DNA from: a virus
Length of the DNA stretch: 64,000 nt
Virus record (IMG/VR): IMGVR_UViG_3300027833_000013
Location: 1 to 64,000 of that record
Reading direction: 5' to 3' (one strand)
Part shown: positions 1-9,461 of the stretch, piece after piece
Numbering within the stretch: position 1 is the stretch's first letter
How the letters are laid out: every line of letters starts with the position of its first letter
Notes under the pieces: model-generated
Told to the model about the DNA's origin: nothing
The model's database searches: none
The model's input: only the letters and a program-made list of their open reading frames with translations
Translations under genes and position numbers: made by a program

Positions 1-155
1 GGAACACCTTTGTGAAAGTCTCCTGAGATAAGATAGTTTAGTGCATATGATCCTGTTGAAATCCAATCAGTAGGATCGTTAAATCCAGTACTCATGCCTG
101 AGATACTCTTAGTTAAGTCCTTACGGAACTTGCTTACATCAAATGATTTAGCCAT
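1..155 (-). CDS. uvsX: UvsX/RecA-like recombinase, N-terminal part (runs off the window)
   Basis: Manual translation MAKSFDVSKFRKDLTKSISGMSTGFNDPTDWISTGSYALNYLISGDFHKGVP contains the RecA-family ISTGS..L...+SG....G+P motif. AGGAG RBS at 161-165; lies directly downstream of gp32. Confidence 0.85.
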   Translation of the reverse strand, partial: MAKSFDVSKFRKDLTKSISGMSTGFNDPTDWISTGSYALNYLISGDFHKGV

Positions 156-180
156 GTTTTCTCCTAAAAAGCTATAAAGA

Positions 181-204
181 AGTAAGGGGCCGTAACCCCT
201 TACT
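181..204 (-). terminator. Intrinsic terminator-like hairpin between gp32 and uvsX
   Basis: AGTAAGGGG-N6-CCCCTTACT 9-bp inverted repeat, followed on the - strand by CTTTATAGCTTTTT. Confidence 0.7.
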
Positions 205-214
205 GATCAGTTTA

Positions 215-1210
215 TTAACCTTGTTGACGCGAACGGATCATTGCTAGAATGTCATTCGCTTCACCACCTGTTGCTGCCGGTGCTTCTGCTACTGGAGCAG
301 TTACTGCCGGAGCCGCTTCTGGAGTTGGTGTTGGAGTTGGTGTTGGAGCCGCTACTGCGTCAGCTGTTCTTGAAACAGCACTACCACCTGCACTTGCAAC
401 ATTTGGATCACCTGTACGTGACTGCATGCCTGCAGGACGGAAGTATTGCGACCAACGTTCTGCATCATACGGTTGGTTATCAACCGATGCTTCAAACATT
501 TCTTGCATTACTTTAACAGCAATCTCATCTGGCTTCTTAGGAAGAAAGTCACCTAAGTTATACAATCCGTGTGTATTTACAGCATTCATTTCAGCATCAG
601 TCAGTGGGCGCTCTCTACGTGCCCAGTTAGATGTTGAGTAGTCTGCATAACCACCTTTACTAGTTTTGTTTAAACGGAAGTCTACGCCACCTGTAAAGTC
701 TGTTGGCAATTCTTCCATATCTGGATCCATAAGTGCCTGCTTAATAAGCTGGAAAATTTGTGGACCAATAATAAAGCGTCGAATCGGATTCTCTGGTGAT
801 TCTTCTTGCAACGGATTATCTGATACAAAGCCTTGGAATACGTATGAACGTTTCTTCCAGTATTTACGACCCATGTCTTCAAGACTTGCGTCTTTAAACC
901 AACCGCGTACTTCGCTTAGAATATTACAAGAATCGCCATACATTTCCATACAAGGTACTTGTACTTGTACAGGCTTGCTTGACGGCTCGCCTTTGATGCC
1001 TGAAAAAGGTAACTTAATCATAAGTCGCTCTGTCCAGAAAAATGTATTGGATTCGTCTTTGTCTGGAAGGAATCGTACAGTTGCACTTTGTCCTTCTTGC
1101 ATATTCCAGAATGGAAATATTGCGTTGTCGCCTCCACCTGACGAACGATTGCCGCCTGTGTTTGCTTCTTGTTCTTTGAGCTTCGCTCGGATTTCTGCTA
1201 ATGATGCCAT
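215..1210 (-). CDS. 32: Single-stranded DNA-binding protein, T4 gp32 family
   Basis: A.+RFLP, C-x7-C and GVDFRLNK...GYADYSTS motifs typical of gp32; low-complexity Pro/Ala/Thr tail; next to uvsX. Confidence 0.9.
   Translation of the reverse strand: MASLAEIRAKLKEQEANTGGNRSSGGGDNAIFPFWNMQEGQSATVRFLPDKDESNTFFWTERLMIKLPFSGIKGEPSSKPVQVQVPCMEMYGDSCNILSEVRGWFKDASLEDMGRKYWKKRSYVFQGFVSDNPLQEESPENPIRRFIIGPQIFQLIKQALMDPDMEELPTDFTGGVDFRLNKTSKGGYADYSTSNWARRERPLTDAEMNAVNTHGLYNLGDFLPKKPDEIAVKVMQEMFEASVDNQPYDAERWSQYFRPAGMQSRTGDPNVASAGGSAVSRTADAVAAPTPTPTPTPEAAPAVTAPVAEAPAATGGEANDILAMIRSRQQG
320..348. repeat. 12-bp tandem repeat (TGGAGTTGGTGT x2.4) encoding the PTPTPTPTP linker of gp32
   Basis: Directly visible in the sequence. 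Confidence 0.8.
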
Positions 1211-1301
1211 AGTTTTATGCCTCCTAATAGTGCCTATGTTTTTCTATATGTAGCTACATTGCTACGTTCTTCGTGCCTGTTTGTCGTATAGCACAGTATA
1301 T

Positions 1302-1330
1302 ATAATACACTGATTGCTACAACATGTCAA
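1302..1330 (-). promoter_or_regulatory. Sigma70-type promoter for gp32-uvsX
   Basis: TTGACA (1325-1330), 17-nt spacer, TATTAT (1302-1307), with an A/T-rich UP-like tract upstream. Confidence 0.8.
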
Positions 1331-1369
1331 GTCTTTTTTAAAGAAAAAGAAATAAAACTTATAAGTGGG

Positions 1370-3682
1370 TTAGCGTAGTCCTGCTAACTCACGAATTCTG
1401 TCAAAATCATCTTCCATTGTATCTTGAGTTGTTTGATCGTTTTCGCCATTAATAATAGATAAAACTACATCCTCGGAAGGTCCTTGATCGCCCCAATCAT
1501 CTGCAACAACATCTGCAACTTTTTGAATTTTTGGTTCTGCTATTGGAAATGTTATGTTTCGACTAGTGATTGCACTAACTACTTCATCATACCAAGATTC
1601 AATTGCTTCTTCGTCTGATACTGCTTCCATTTGCTGTGGTTGTGTTTGCATTTGATGTTGTTCTACAGTTGCTTGAACCTGTCCGATGAAACTCTTAGCA
1701 GGATTAATAAACTGTTCGCCGTAATCCTTTTCGACCATAGTAAGTATTGCTGTTTCACCTTTTGGAAATTCGCCTGTTTCTTTGTCGTAGTAACTAAGGA
1801 TGAACTCGCCTAATGGTATCTTTTGCTCTTTAGTGTCTTCAGTTGGTGCGCCATCGCCACACTCTGTTTCATCTTCTTTTTTGCTTCTATCAAAATCTGT
1901 TGTATATAGGTATTCTATTACTGGATATAATGTGTTTACAATTTGATTACCAAACTTGCCGTTCTTGCCCGAACCTGGCTTAGTTTCTAACTTCTTTGCT
2001 TCGCCGCGTAGTTTCATCATTGCTTCAATAGCTGCCATAGCATTTTTATCTAGACCTTTGAATCCGTTTGTTCTTGCTTCAATAAATGTGTATACATCCC
2101 ATACATCATTAACATAAGCGTTTGCTAAGTTACCTTGATCATCGTCTTGACCACGTTCAATCTTTTTTCCTTTACCGCGCAATGCGCCTAGTACATCTAC
2201 AGCATCATTACTTGTATTAATGTATGCTTCACTAACTCCTTCTGCCGACTCAGTTGCTAATGCGTCACTGAAAGCATCAGTCAACATACTTATATCCCAA
2301 GTATCAGTTTGGTCTAGTACATACTGTGTGCCATCATCGCCGACAACACTAACAATTTTAAATTCGCCTTCTTGGACATAACCAAATGCATCTATTGTAA
2401 CTGTAACAGGTGTGCCTTCAAGATCAATTTCTTCTTCTGGGTCGTTTATATAACCTAATCCGTCAAGTGTTGCAGTAAACACTTCAGTGTCGTCTGTACG
2501 TTGGATGTCTATTAACTCTTTGCTAAAGTCTAGAAAAATCTGTTTACTGACTGCTTCTGCAAATTGGCCCATCATTTCTTCAAAGCCTTGCTCTAGTTCA
2601 ATCTCTTCTTTGGTTGTTCCTTTTTTGCGACAAGAACCTGGCTCACCTTCTTTAGTGCCAGGTACTCGTTCGTGTCCAGTCCAGCAAGGACCTTTCTTTT
2701 CTTCTAAATCTTCTGGGCCTAGTGATTTTGCTTTAGTTGCTTCGCCTACTAGTTTGTAAATGTATGGAAATACATCTGCTAGTTCTTCGTTGAACTGTCT
2801 AATAGTAAGTTGGTCAATCCAGTTACTTGAAATATCTTCCGGAACATCTTCAAGTATAGTTGATTCAAAATTTGCAACTGTTTCTGCATATACACTTTTA
2901 CGCTGTAATGTTTCTACTGTACGCTTAACTGCATCAATACGATCATTTACTACGTCTGAATATTCTGCAAGACCTTCGGCCATGACGCCGTTTCTTGACA
3001 TATGTGATTTAAATTTCTTTAGCTTACTGAGCTCTTCCGACATACTAACAATGTGCTTACCAAAGTCATCATACGCATTACCGCCTTCTGCTACGTGTCG
3101 TGCCATTGCTCTTGCACCATTCAAATGTTTGAACGGATACTTAAAGCGTTCGCCTTCGGAACTTTCGATATGTATAGTTCCAATTTTTTGTGTGCGGCCG
3201 CCGGCACGTTCTTGATTGACACTTTCAGTATGCTTAATAACTATTCTTGCAGTGTCTACGTTTTGGTAACTTACTTTACCTGTTCCGTATAATTTTGATT
3301 CTGTCATGTTGTCGTCTCCGGAATTTGTTGCTAGATATTTATAATCTCTTTTTTCTAAATTAGATTTTGTAATATCTCTTACGTCAAAGTTTAAAAGTCT
3401 TTTTCTAGCAAAACTTCTAAGTTCTTTTAAGAAACCGTACCAATTACTTTTTTGTATTGATTCGTCTTTAGTGAATAATTCGTTGTTATACATAACAACT
3501 ACACCATCTTTTTCACTTACACTAACGCTAACACTACTGTCTTCGTCGTATTTAAAGTCAAAGTATCTAGCATCTTTAGGGATATTAGTCACTTCGCCTG
3601 CTTCGTTGCCGATAGAAACTTCACTAAACCTACCACGTATTTTATTAAAAAGCTCTTCGCTTATTGTATCTAAATCTAACAT
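1370..3682 (-). CDS. Large acidic protein, probable head internal/core-type virion protein
   Basis: ORF track 775 aa; probable start at ATG 3682, just after a late promoter. Very Glu/Asp-rich, contains a CWxG..VPG...C module and a C-terminal RIRELAGL. Confidence 0.6.
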   Translation of the reverse strand: MLDLDTISEELFNKIRGRFSEVSIGNEAGEVTNIPKDARYFDFKYDEDSSVSVSVSEKDGVVVMYNNELFTKDESIQKSNWYGFLKELRSFARKRLLNFDVRDITKSNLEKRDYKYLATNSGDDNMTESKLYGTGKVSYQNVDTARIVIKHTESVNQERAGGRTQKIGTIHIESSEGERFKYPFKHLNGARAMARHVAEGGNAYDDFGKHIVSMSEELSKLKKFKSHMSRNGVMAEGLAEYSDVVNDRIDAVKRTVETLQRKSVYAETVANFESTILEDVPEDISSNWIDQLTIRQFNEELADVFPYIYKLVGEATKAKSLGPEDLEEKKGPCWTGHERVPGTKEGEPGSCRKKGTTKEEIELEQGFEEMMGQFAEAVSKQIFLDFSKELIDIQRTDDTEVFTATLDGLGYINDPEEEIDLEGTPVTVTIDAFGYVQEGEFKIVSVVGDDGTQYVLDQTDTWDISMLTDAFSDALATESAEGVSEAYINTSNDAVDVLGALRGKGKKIERGQDDDQGNLANAYVNDVWDVYTFIEARTNGFKGLDKNAMAAIEAMMKLRGEAKKLETKPGSGKNGKFGNQIVNTLYPVIEYLYTTDFDRSKKEDETECGDGAPTEDTKEQKIPLGEFILSYYDKETGEFPKGETAILTMVEKDYGEQFINPAKSFIGQVQATVEQHQMQTQPQQMEAVSDEEAIESWYDEVVSAITSRNITFPIAEPKIQKVADVVADDWGDQGPSEDVVLSIINGENDQTTQDTMEDDFDRIRELAGLR

Positions 3683-3687
3683 GTAAG

Positions 3688-3695
3688 TATTTATC
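3688..3695 (-). promoter_or_regulatory. T4-type late promoter GATAAATA
   Basis: One mismatch to TATAAATA, 5 nt upstream of ATG 3682; the motif recurs at many structural gene starts. Confidence 0.7.
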
Positions 3696-5274
3696 AATAA
3701 CTGCTACTAATAAAGATAGGCATGGGCGGTTCGTAGTCCTCTACCGAGTCTACTTGATTGAAGGTATTATAAATTCTAGGATCCCAATCTTTAAGCACAG
3801 CCATCATCCTAAGTGCAAGTAATGTTGCACTTATTAAATCGTCACTTTGTCCTGTCTTAGCTTGGTAACTACTACCTGTTGCAACAAAGTTTTTAAGTTC
3901 TGATACAAACGGTTTACTATGTATAATCATTTTATCATTTTCTAACATTGTTTTAAGTCTACTACATGCTGTAATTTTAGTACCATGTGTAGTATTAAAT
4001 CCTTTGCGGAATTTTCTTACGTGACCTTTGCGCATTGGTTCACTTACAAATAATCCAGGAATATTTTCTTCACCATAGTCATTTATAACAAGTAGGCATG
4101 CTTCACCAATTCCGTTGTTTTCAACACTCCAATATATACCATTTGCATTATTAGTTTCTTGTTGTATGTAGTTGCATGTGTCTGCAAGTACTCTTATTTG
4201 TCCTGGTATAGCTGTTGTATTATGTTGCCACTCTGCTACTTGCTCGTAACTAGGTAATTCAAATACTTGTATAGCGGCATTATCTCCGCCTGTGCCCATA
4301 CTAGGATCAAGGGCAACTGCATACGTAAACTCTGGCGTTGGCTTTTTATACCAACGTGTTTGCCCCATATTAATTATAGGGACATCTCCCTCCATTGTTG
4401 CTAGTTTAATTGAGCTTACAAGTGTTTCATCAAATACTAAGAATTCACAATCATATTCGCGTCTAAATCTTTCTTCGCCAATGCGTCCAAGTTCTTCTTG
4501 TTTCCACTTGTCGTCTCTGTCTGGATGTTCTGTCCAGTAGCTACGGAAACTATGAAACCCATTTTGTCCTAGTTCTTGTTCATTACCGTGTTCGTCAAAC
4601 TTATCTTCTGCTTGTTTCCAAATTGTAGCAAATGTATCTTCGTCACTGTTAGGTGTACTTGTAAGAATTGCTCGTCCACCAGTTGCTAGTGTAGGCGATA
4701 TAGAAGTCCAAAAGTCAATAGCAACATTAGGTTGCACAAATGCAAACTCATCACAGTATAACAATGATATGGACATACCACGTCCTGTGTTGCCTGTTGT
4801 TGTAGCACTAACAATACGTGACCCATTTTCAAATTCAATACTACCTTTGTTGTAGTTTGTAACACCGGCACGTATATGGTCTGGGCACATTTCATAGAGA
4901 TAGCGGATACGTTGCATAATCTCTTGAGCGCCTGTATACTTGTGTGCGGCAATTAGAATTGTTTGATCAGGTACAAACATTGCGTACCACGCTAAGTAGA
5001 TCGCCGCACACGTTGTTTTTCCTGTTTGCCTAGGCAACATATTAATATTAAATCTATAGTTATGATAGCTTGCAAGTAACCGTTCTTGATATTCAAACGG
5101 ATCAAAAAGAAGTTTTCCTTTTACCGGATGTTGTATATATGCAAAATTACGTGCAAAATAGTCATATCCGTCTTTAGGATCCATACACTTCATAAGGTCT
5201 TCAACGTGTGCTTCACTAAATGTTTCTTGTCTATTTGCCTTCTTAATTAAGACGCCGTCTAGTGCTGTTGCCAT
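3694..5274 (-). CDS. 17: Terminase large subunit, T4 gp17 family
   Basis: Walker A PRQTGKTT, Walker B LLYCDEFAF, motif III TSTPN, RNase H-like nuclease ALDPS..DNAA..DDL. Confidence 0.95.
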   Translation of the reverse strand: MATALDGVLIKKANRQETFSEAHVEDLMKCMDPKDGYDYFARNFAYIQHPVKGKLLFDPFEYQERLLASYHNYRFNINMLPRQTGKTTCAAIYLAWYAMFVPDQTILIAAHKYTGAQEIMQRIRYLYEMCPDHIRAGVTNYNKGSIEFENGSRIVSATTTGNTGRGMSISLLYCDEFAFVQPNVAIDFWTSISPTLATGGRAILTSTPNSDEDTFATIWKQAEDKFDEHGNEQELGQNGFHSFRSYWTEHPDRDDKWKQEELGRIGEERFRREYDCEFLVFDETLVSSIKLATMEGDVPIINMGQTRWYKKPTPEFTYAVALDPSMGTGGDNAAIQVFELPSYEQVAEWQHNTTAIPGQIRVLADTCNYIQQETNNANGIYWSVENNGIGEACLLVINDYGEENIPGLFVSEPMRKGHVRKFRKGFNTTHGTKITACSRLKTMLENDKMIIHSKPFVSELKNFVATGSSYQAKTGQSDDLISATLLALRMMAVLKDWDPRIYNTFNQVDSVEDYEPPMPIFISSSY

Positions 5275-6041
5275 TAGTGTTCAACCTCCCACATTCTGCC
5301 GTGCTTCATAAACTCACCTATAATATTAATACTACGCCTGCGCTCAATAGGTGCAATTCGCGGAGTAACACTGTGTACACTGTGTTTAACATTTAAAAAC
5401 ATACCAAAGCTATTTGCTTTATACGGAATTTCAATGTGTGGAATATGTACATCATCTTCTACTTCTCTACCTGTATTTGGTTTTGGTTTAAAATTTTCTA
5501 CTTCTTTAATAGTTTCGTGTATTGTAAAGTTTCCACCTGTTGCAGTATCTGTATCTTTTTTCATATACAATAACCCTGCATATATTTCTTTAGGGTTATC
5601 TAAGTGCGGGGTTCTTGACGTACCTGTTTGATCAATTGGTTCGTGTACTACAAATTGACAGTCAGTAACATGTTTACCTTTTGACAGTTTACGTATTCCT
5701 ACACTATCTGTAATTAAATTTTCATAAAACTCTGCACCATAATATTGTAGTATACCTTTTTCAAATAGTCTAGCACAGCTTCTAAAGTATTCTGGACTAG
5801 TATGGAATTCAAAAAAGTCATTCCATATATTAGGAATAACTGCATCTTCTTTTGCTTGGCGGCTTTTATATCTAAAAGTTATACCTGCATCGCCTGGTTC
5901 AGTACTGCATACTATGTCTTCAGGAAATGTTTTTTCTAATTCATCATAAATCTTTTGCGGCAATGCACCATCAATAGCTACATACGGATAAGGATATGAC
6001 TTTACTGTTTTACAGTTTTGTATTACACTTAAATTGCTCAT
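5274..6041 (-). CDS. 2OG-Fe(II) oxygenase superfamily protein
   Basis: HLD...GGNF...HSVT...RRSIN facial-triad pattern; probable start at ATG 6041. Confidence 0.75.
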   Translation of the reverse strand: MSNLSVIQNCKTVKSYPYPYVAIDGALPQKIYDELEKTFPEDIVCSTEPGDAGITFRYKSRQAKEDAVIPNIWNDFFEFHTSPEYFRSCARLFEKGILQYYGAEFYENLITDSVGIRKLSKGKHVTDCQFVVHEPIDQTGTSRTPHLDNPKEIYAGLLYMKKDTDTATGGNFTIHETIKEVENFKPKPNTGREVEDDVHIPHIEIPYKANSFGMFLNVKHSVHSVTPRIAPIERRRSINIIGEFMKHGRMWEVEH

Positions 6042-6045
6042 ACAG

Positions 6046-6053
6046 TATTTACT
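6046..6053 (-). promoter_or_regulatory. Late promoter variant AGTAAATA
   Basis: TAAATA core 4 nt before ATG 6041, directly after a terminator. Confidence 0.55.
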
Positions 6054-6054
6054 C

Positions 6055-6081
6055 AAAAAAATAGCGCCCGAAGACGCTATT
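6055..6081 (-). terminator. Intrinsic terminator with UUCG tetraloop
   Basis: - strand AATAGCGTC-TTCG-GGCGCTATT followed by a T run. Confidence 0.85.
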
Positions 6082-6104
6082 GAATGTTATAAATTAAGAC
6101 TTAT

Positions 6105-7295
6105 TTAAAAAGATATTGCTCTAATAGCACGGAGTGTTTCTTCATGCTCTAGTGTAGCTTCATCTTTTTCATCTTCGTCATCATCTTTTTTATCCCAAGG
6201 TGCTTTAGGTAATGTTACATCTTTTTTAGACTTAGCCTTCTCATCTGCTGAGTAAGCGTCTCGATCTTTCATTCCTTCTTCTTGTGTCTGGCCTGCATTT
6301 TTTGCAATTCTTGCTAATTCTTCATCGGCTTCTGATGTCTTGCCTGAAATGCTATACGTAGTATCACTGTTAACTTCACTTGACTCATCTTCGCCGCCCG
6401 TGAATCCTAGAGAATCTAGTCTATCTTGTACCCATTCGTACGGATCGCCATCTCTAGCTTTTTGTGTACCATATGGCATATCGCCACTTTGAACAAAGTA
6501 TGAATATAAATCATCGTATAAGTCGTCATGGTCCATAATATCAGCACCTTGTTTCATTGCCGACGCTGATTCAGGATGCTTGGCAAGAATAGCTTGAACT
6601 TCATCTTCTTCCATGGCTTCGTTAGTGTCTTCGTCATCATCATCTTCGCCATCACGTTGTGCAATCGCTTGACTCATTGGCTCTTCTTTATCGCCATCAT
6701 TGTCTAAGTCTGGAAAATCTGGCTTTTTCTTTTCAGCAAGTGCGGCATACAATTCATTCTTAATAGCTTCAATTGCTTCTTCGTCTGATGCTTCAACTGC
6801 TAATGGATTGTCACCATCAGCTGCCGGTTCGTGCATTGTCTTTGAACGGTTAATACCGCCTGACAAATCGTGTGTCATAGTGTGGTGATCTGCGTATGAC
6901 GGATCAGCATCGTTTGCCCATTCGTCAACTTCAACTCCTTCACTGCATCCACACGATGAACATGCTTTTAGTATGTGTTTCTTTTCGCCGCACTCTGGAC
7001 ACGGGCCTTCATTTTCACCGTATGCGCCTTCGCTTGGCATCTCATCAGCAGGTGGAGCATCCATAATACTAAGTGCCTTGTTCATTGGCATACTAGTCAT
7101 TGCAGGGCCTTCTGGAGCTTTTGTGGTTAGTTCGCCACCGCTACGCATTATGCTAAGAAGTTGTGCAACTTCGTCTGCACTGTCGCCTGCCATTGAAATA
7201 TTCATTGACGCTGTTTCCGCTAACGGATCAGTTTGTTCGTTAATGGTTTGTATATCTTTATCTAAATTTGCTAACTTAGTTAATAGGTCTTTCAT
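6105..7295 (-). CDS. Highly acidic modular protein, probable head internal protein
   Basis: 396 aa Glu/Asp-rich; contains a CPEC..CSSCGC zinc-ribbon-like module and a DLDNDGD Ca-binding-like loop. Confidence 0.55.
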   Translation of the reverse strand: MKDLLTKLANLDKDIQTINEQTDPLAETASMNISMAGDSADEVAQLLSIMRSGGELTTKAPEGPAMTSMPMNKALSIMDAPPADEMPSEGAYGENEGPCPECGEKKHILKACSSCGCSEGVEVDEWANDADPSYADHHTMTHDLSGGINRSKTMHEPAADGDNPLAVEASDEEAIEAIKNELYAALAEKKKPDFPDLDNDGDKEEPMSQAIAQRDGEDDDDEDTNEAMEEDEVQAILAKHPESASAMKQGADIMDHDDLYDDLYSYFVQSGDMPYGTQKARDGDPYEWVQDRLDSLGFTGGEDESSEVNSDTTYSISGKTSEADEELARIAKNAGQTQEEGMKDRDAYSADEKAKSKKDVTLPKAPWDKKDDDEDEKDEATLEHEETLRAIRAISF

Positions 7296-7855
7296 TTTGC
7301 ACCTCCTACTGGGCTTTTTGTATTTTCGTTGTCACCTATATCGCTACTGTCTCCTACAGGAGCTCCAGCAGTAGGATCAATTGTACGCTCTTTACGTACA
7401 GTTTCTAGTTCCTTTAAAAGGTCCATAACTCTATTTCCAGCAACATTGTCTTGGGCGCTTTCGCCTCCCATGTCTTCAGTTTCTAGTTTAGTTTCATAAG
7501 GTTCATCTGTGTTAGAGTCTTGATAATCTTCTCTAGGATCGTTCATGTTTCTTACTATAAATCTAGCTTGATCACATCCACAACAGTCTGCAACGTATTG
7601 TTGTAACACTTGCGGTGTACTAGGATAGTTCATTTCAACTTCCCAGTATGTAACTTCTTCATTTTGTAACTGTGGAAAATCTAAAGGACGTTCTTGTATT
7701 GGGGTTTTCTTACCTGCTCCCATACTAGTAACTTCAAATTTCTGTAAGCATGTTTCCATACTGTCTTCAAACCCTTCAGGTAATGCACCTGCATACCCTA
7801 TTTTGAATGAATAAGTCTTTTTAGACTCTAATAAAACTTCTGTAAACGATCTCAT
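7292..7855 (-). CDS. Hypothetical protein
   Basis: 187-aa ORF with AAGGA RBS and an upstream late promoter; MRSFTEVLLES N-terminus resembles T4-like capsid-targeting leaders. Confidence 0.6.
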   Translation of the reverse strand: MRSFTEVLLESKKTYSFKIGYAGALPEGFEDSMETCLQKFEVTSMGAGKKTPIQERPLDFPQLQNEEVTYWEVEMNYPSTPQVLQQYVADCCGCDQARFIVRNMNDPREDYQDSNTDEPYETKLETEDMGGESAQDNVAGNRVMDLLKELETVRKERTIDPTAGAPVGDSSDIGDNENTKSPVGGAK

Positions 7856-7872
7856 GATTAATTCCTTATAAA

Positions 7873-8370
7873 CTATTTATCTTTATCCATACCTTTTAGC
7901 TTCTCTAACAAGCTATTTCGGTCAGTAACAACATAGCCTGCTCCGTTGATGATACCAGCGCCTGCGTCAAGGCCGCCGTCTTTATCTGCTTTTTCTTTTT
8001 TAAGTTGTAAGTCAATCATTTTTAACTTCTTATCTAACTTAGCAACTTTAGCATCAAGAGACGTTTTAAGCATGCCGCCAGCTACTTCAAATACTCTACC
8101 ACTGTAACGACTTTCTACATTCATACCTAAATCCATTAGATCGTCATATGCTTGCATAGCTTTGTTAGCAATTTCATTAAGCTCTTTATCTGCCATTTCG
8201 CCTAAACCTTTTACAGCTGGTAGTGCTCCTGTAATTTTATCAAACTCAGCAATATCTCGCTTAGTTTCCTTTTGCTCAGCTACTTTTATTTCAACTTTTT
8301 CAGCTTTACTTGCGGCGATTATTTCTTGACTGTCAGGTAAGTTTAATAATTCTTCTAATTTTTTTGTCAT
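7873..8370 (-). CDS. Possible terminase small subunit (gp16-like), helical protein
   Basis: 165 aa with a helical/coiled-coil core (RVFEVAGGMLKTSLDAK) and a C-terminal V.DRNSLL, resembling gp16. It is not adjacent to gp17. Confidence 0.45.
   Translation of the reverse strand: MTKKLEELLNLPDSQEIIAASKAEKVEIKVAEQKETKRDIAEFDKITGALPAVKGLGEMADKELNEIANKAMQAYDDLMDLGMNVESRYSGRVFEVAGGMLKTSLDAKVAKLDKKLKMIDLQLKKEKADKDGGLDAGAGIINGAGYVVTDRNSLLEKLKGMDKDK
7874..7881 (-). promoter_or_regulatory. Late promoter GATAAATA
   Basis: Overlaps the stop codon of the upstream gene, 18 nt before ATG 7855. Confidence 0.65.
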
Positions 8371-8393
8371 ATCATTTCCATTAACTGCTACTA

Positions 8394-9023
8394 TTATTTA
8401 GCAGAATTAGGATCACTTGCCCATTGTTCTTTTGTTATATGAATGTACCATGCTCTGTAAGGCTTTCCTAACCCTTCGCCACCTGGGTTGTACAGATAAG
8501 GGCTCAACCAATCAGGATAACCTTTGCCCGAGCCTGCGTTATTTGTTTTGATAAAGACTTTATTTACATACTGAAATACATCATCTAAGAAAAATTTATA
8601 ATCAAATTTTTCACCTGGCTCTAAAAACTCTCTATCAAACTCTGTTCTACTAGCAATAAACAAATCATACTTGCCTGGAAAGTCCATAGGTTTGCCGTTG
8701 TAAATGTATAAATGATGTCTTTTTAAATTAATTAAATCACAACACTTTTTAAACATTGGGCCTGTAACTTCTTCTTCGATATCAGTAGCTTCAGTTTGTA
8801 TATCTTTTTGCATAAGCAAGTACGGTAACATTCCTACGCCAGTACCAATATCAATTGCTGTTTTAACATCTGTCAACATGCCAAATTCTTCAGCTTTTTT
8901 TACCATGTATTCTTTTTCAGATAAGTGCTTATCCCATTGTCTAACATACTTTGCACCTCTAACAAACTTGCCATGTTGCATTGCTATGTCTGTCATATGT
9001 ACTCTATATTGTTCTAAATTCAT
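8394..9023 (-). CDS. Class I SAM-dependent methyltransferase
   Basis: Motif I AIDIGTGVG, acidic post-motif ATDIE, YDLFI. Confidence 0.75.
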   Translation of the reverse strand: MNLEQYRVHMTDIAMQHGKFVRGAKYVRQWDKHLSEKEYMVKKAEEFGMLTDVKTAIDIGTGVGMLPYLLMQKDIQTEATDIEEEVTGPMFKKCCDLINLKRHHLYIYNGKPMDFPGKYDLFIASRTEFDREFLEPGEKFDYKFFLDDVFQYVNKVFIKTNNAGSGKGYPDWLSPYLYNPGGEGLGKPYRAWYIHITKEQWASDPNSAK

Positions 9024-9460
9024 CTTGATCTCTTTCCATTATGATAGATGTCATTTTCATTTAATATTCGAAATGTAATACTTTTTTGTTTGCACCATGC
9101 AGATGCCGCTTCCCATTTAGCTTGGTTAACAATCCAATGTGCTTGGTTATGTTTACTTTTGCCTAGTTGACTTTTATGTGTTTGATTTGCTGGTTTAATT
9201 TCAATAAGTTCTACTTTTTGTTTACCGCTTTTATCTCCATATGCAATAAAAAAGTCAGGCACGTATATAGTTTGACGGCCTGTTAACGGATTTCTGTAGG
9301 GAATTTTTATACTTTCACTTGCCCATTGTGTAATAGCAGGGTTGTTGTCACAGAATTGCATAAAAGTAAACTCCCAACTACTGCGATATATCGGAGCCTT
9401 GTTCCCTACAAACTTTTCTGGATTCTTTAATGTATATCTACCTTGAGCAAAGCGGCCCAT
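9020..9460 (-). CDS. 4: Head completion nuclease, T4 gp4/TnsA-like
   Basis: KNPEKF.G....IYRSSWE, WASE..IPY, Y.PDF and LIEIKP (PD-(D/E)xK). Confidence 0.9.
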   Translation of the reverse strand: MGRFAQGRYTLKNPEKFVGNKAPIYRSSWEFTFMQFCDNNPAITQWASESIKIPYRNPLTGRQTIYVPDFFIAYGDKSGKQKVELIEIKPANQTHKSQLGKSKHNQAHWIVNQAKWEAASAWCKQKSITFRILNENDIYHNGKRSR

Positions 9461-9461
9461 G

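Noticed and set aside
241-1253. Antisense ORFs over gp32
   Set aside because: They fully overlap a confident gene and translate to low-complexity sequence.
3694-5274. Intein or intron in the terminase
   Set aside because: The ORF is a continuous 526 aa with normal motif spacing and no splicing motifs.
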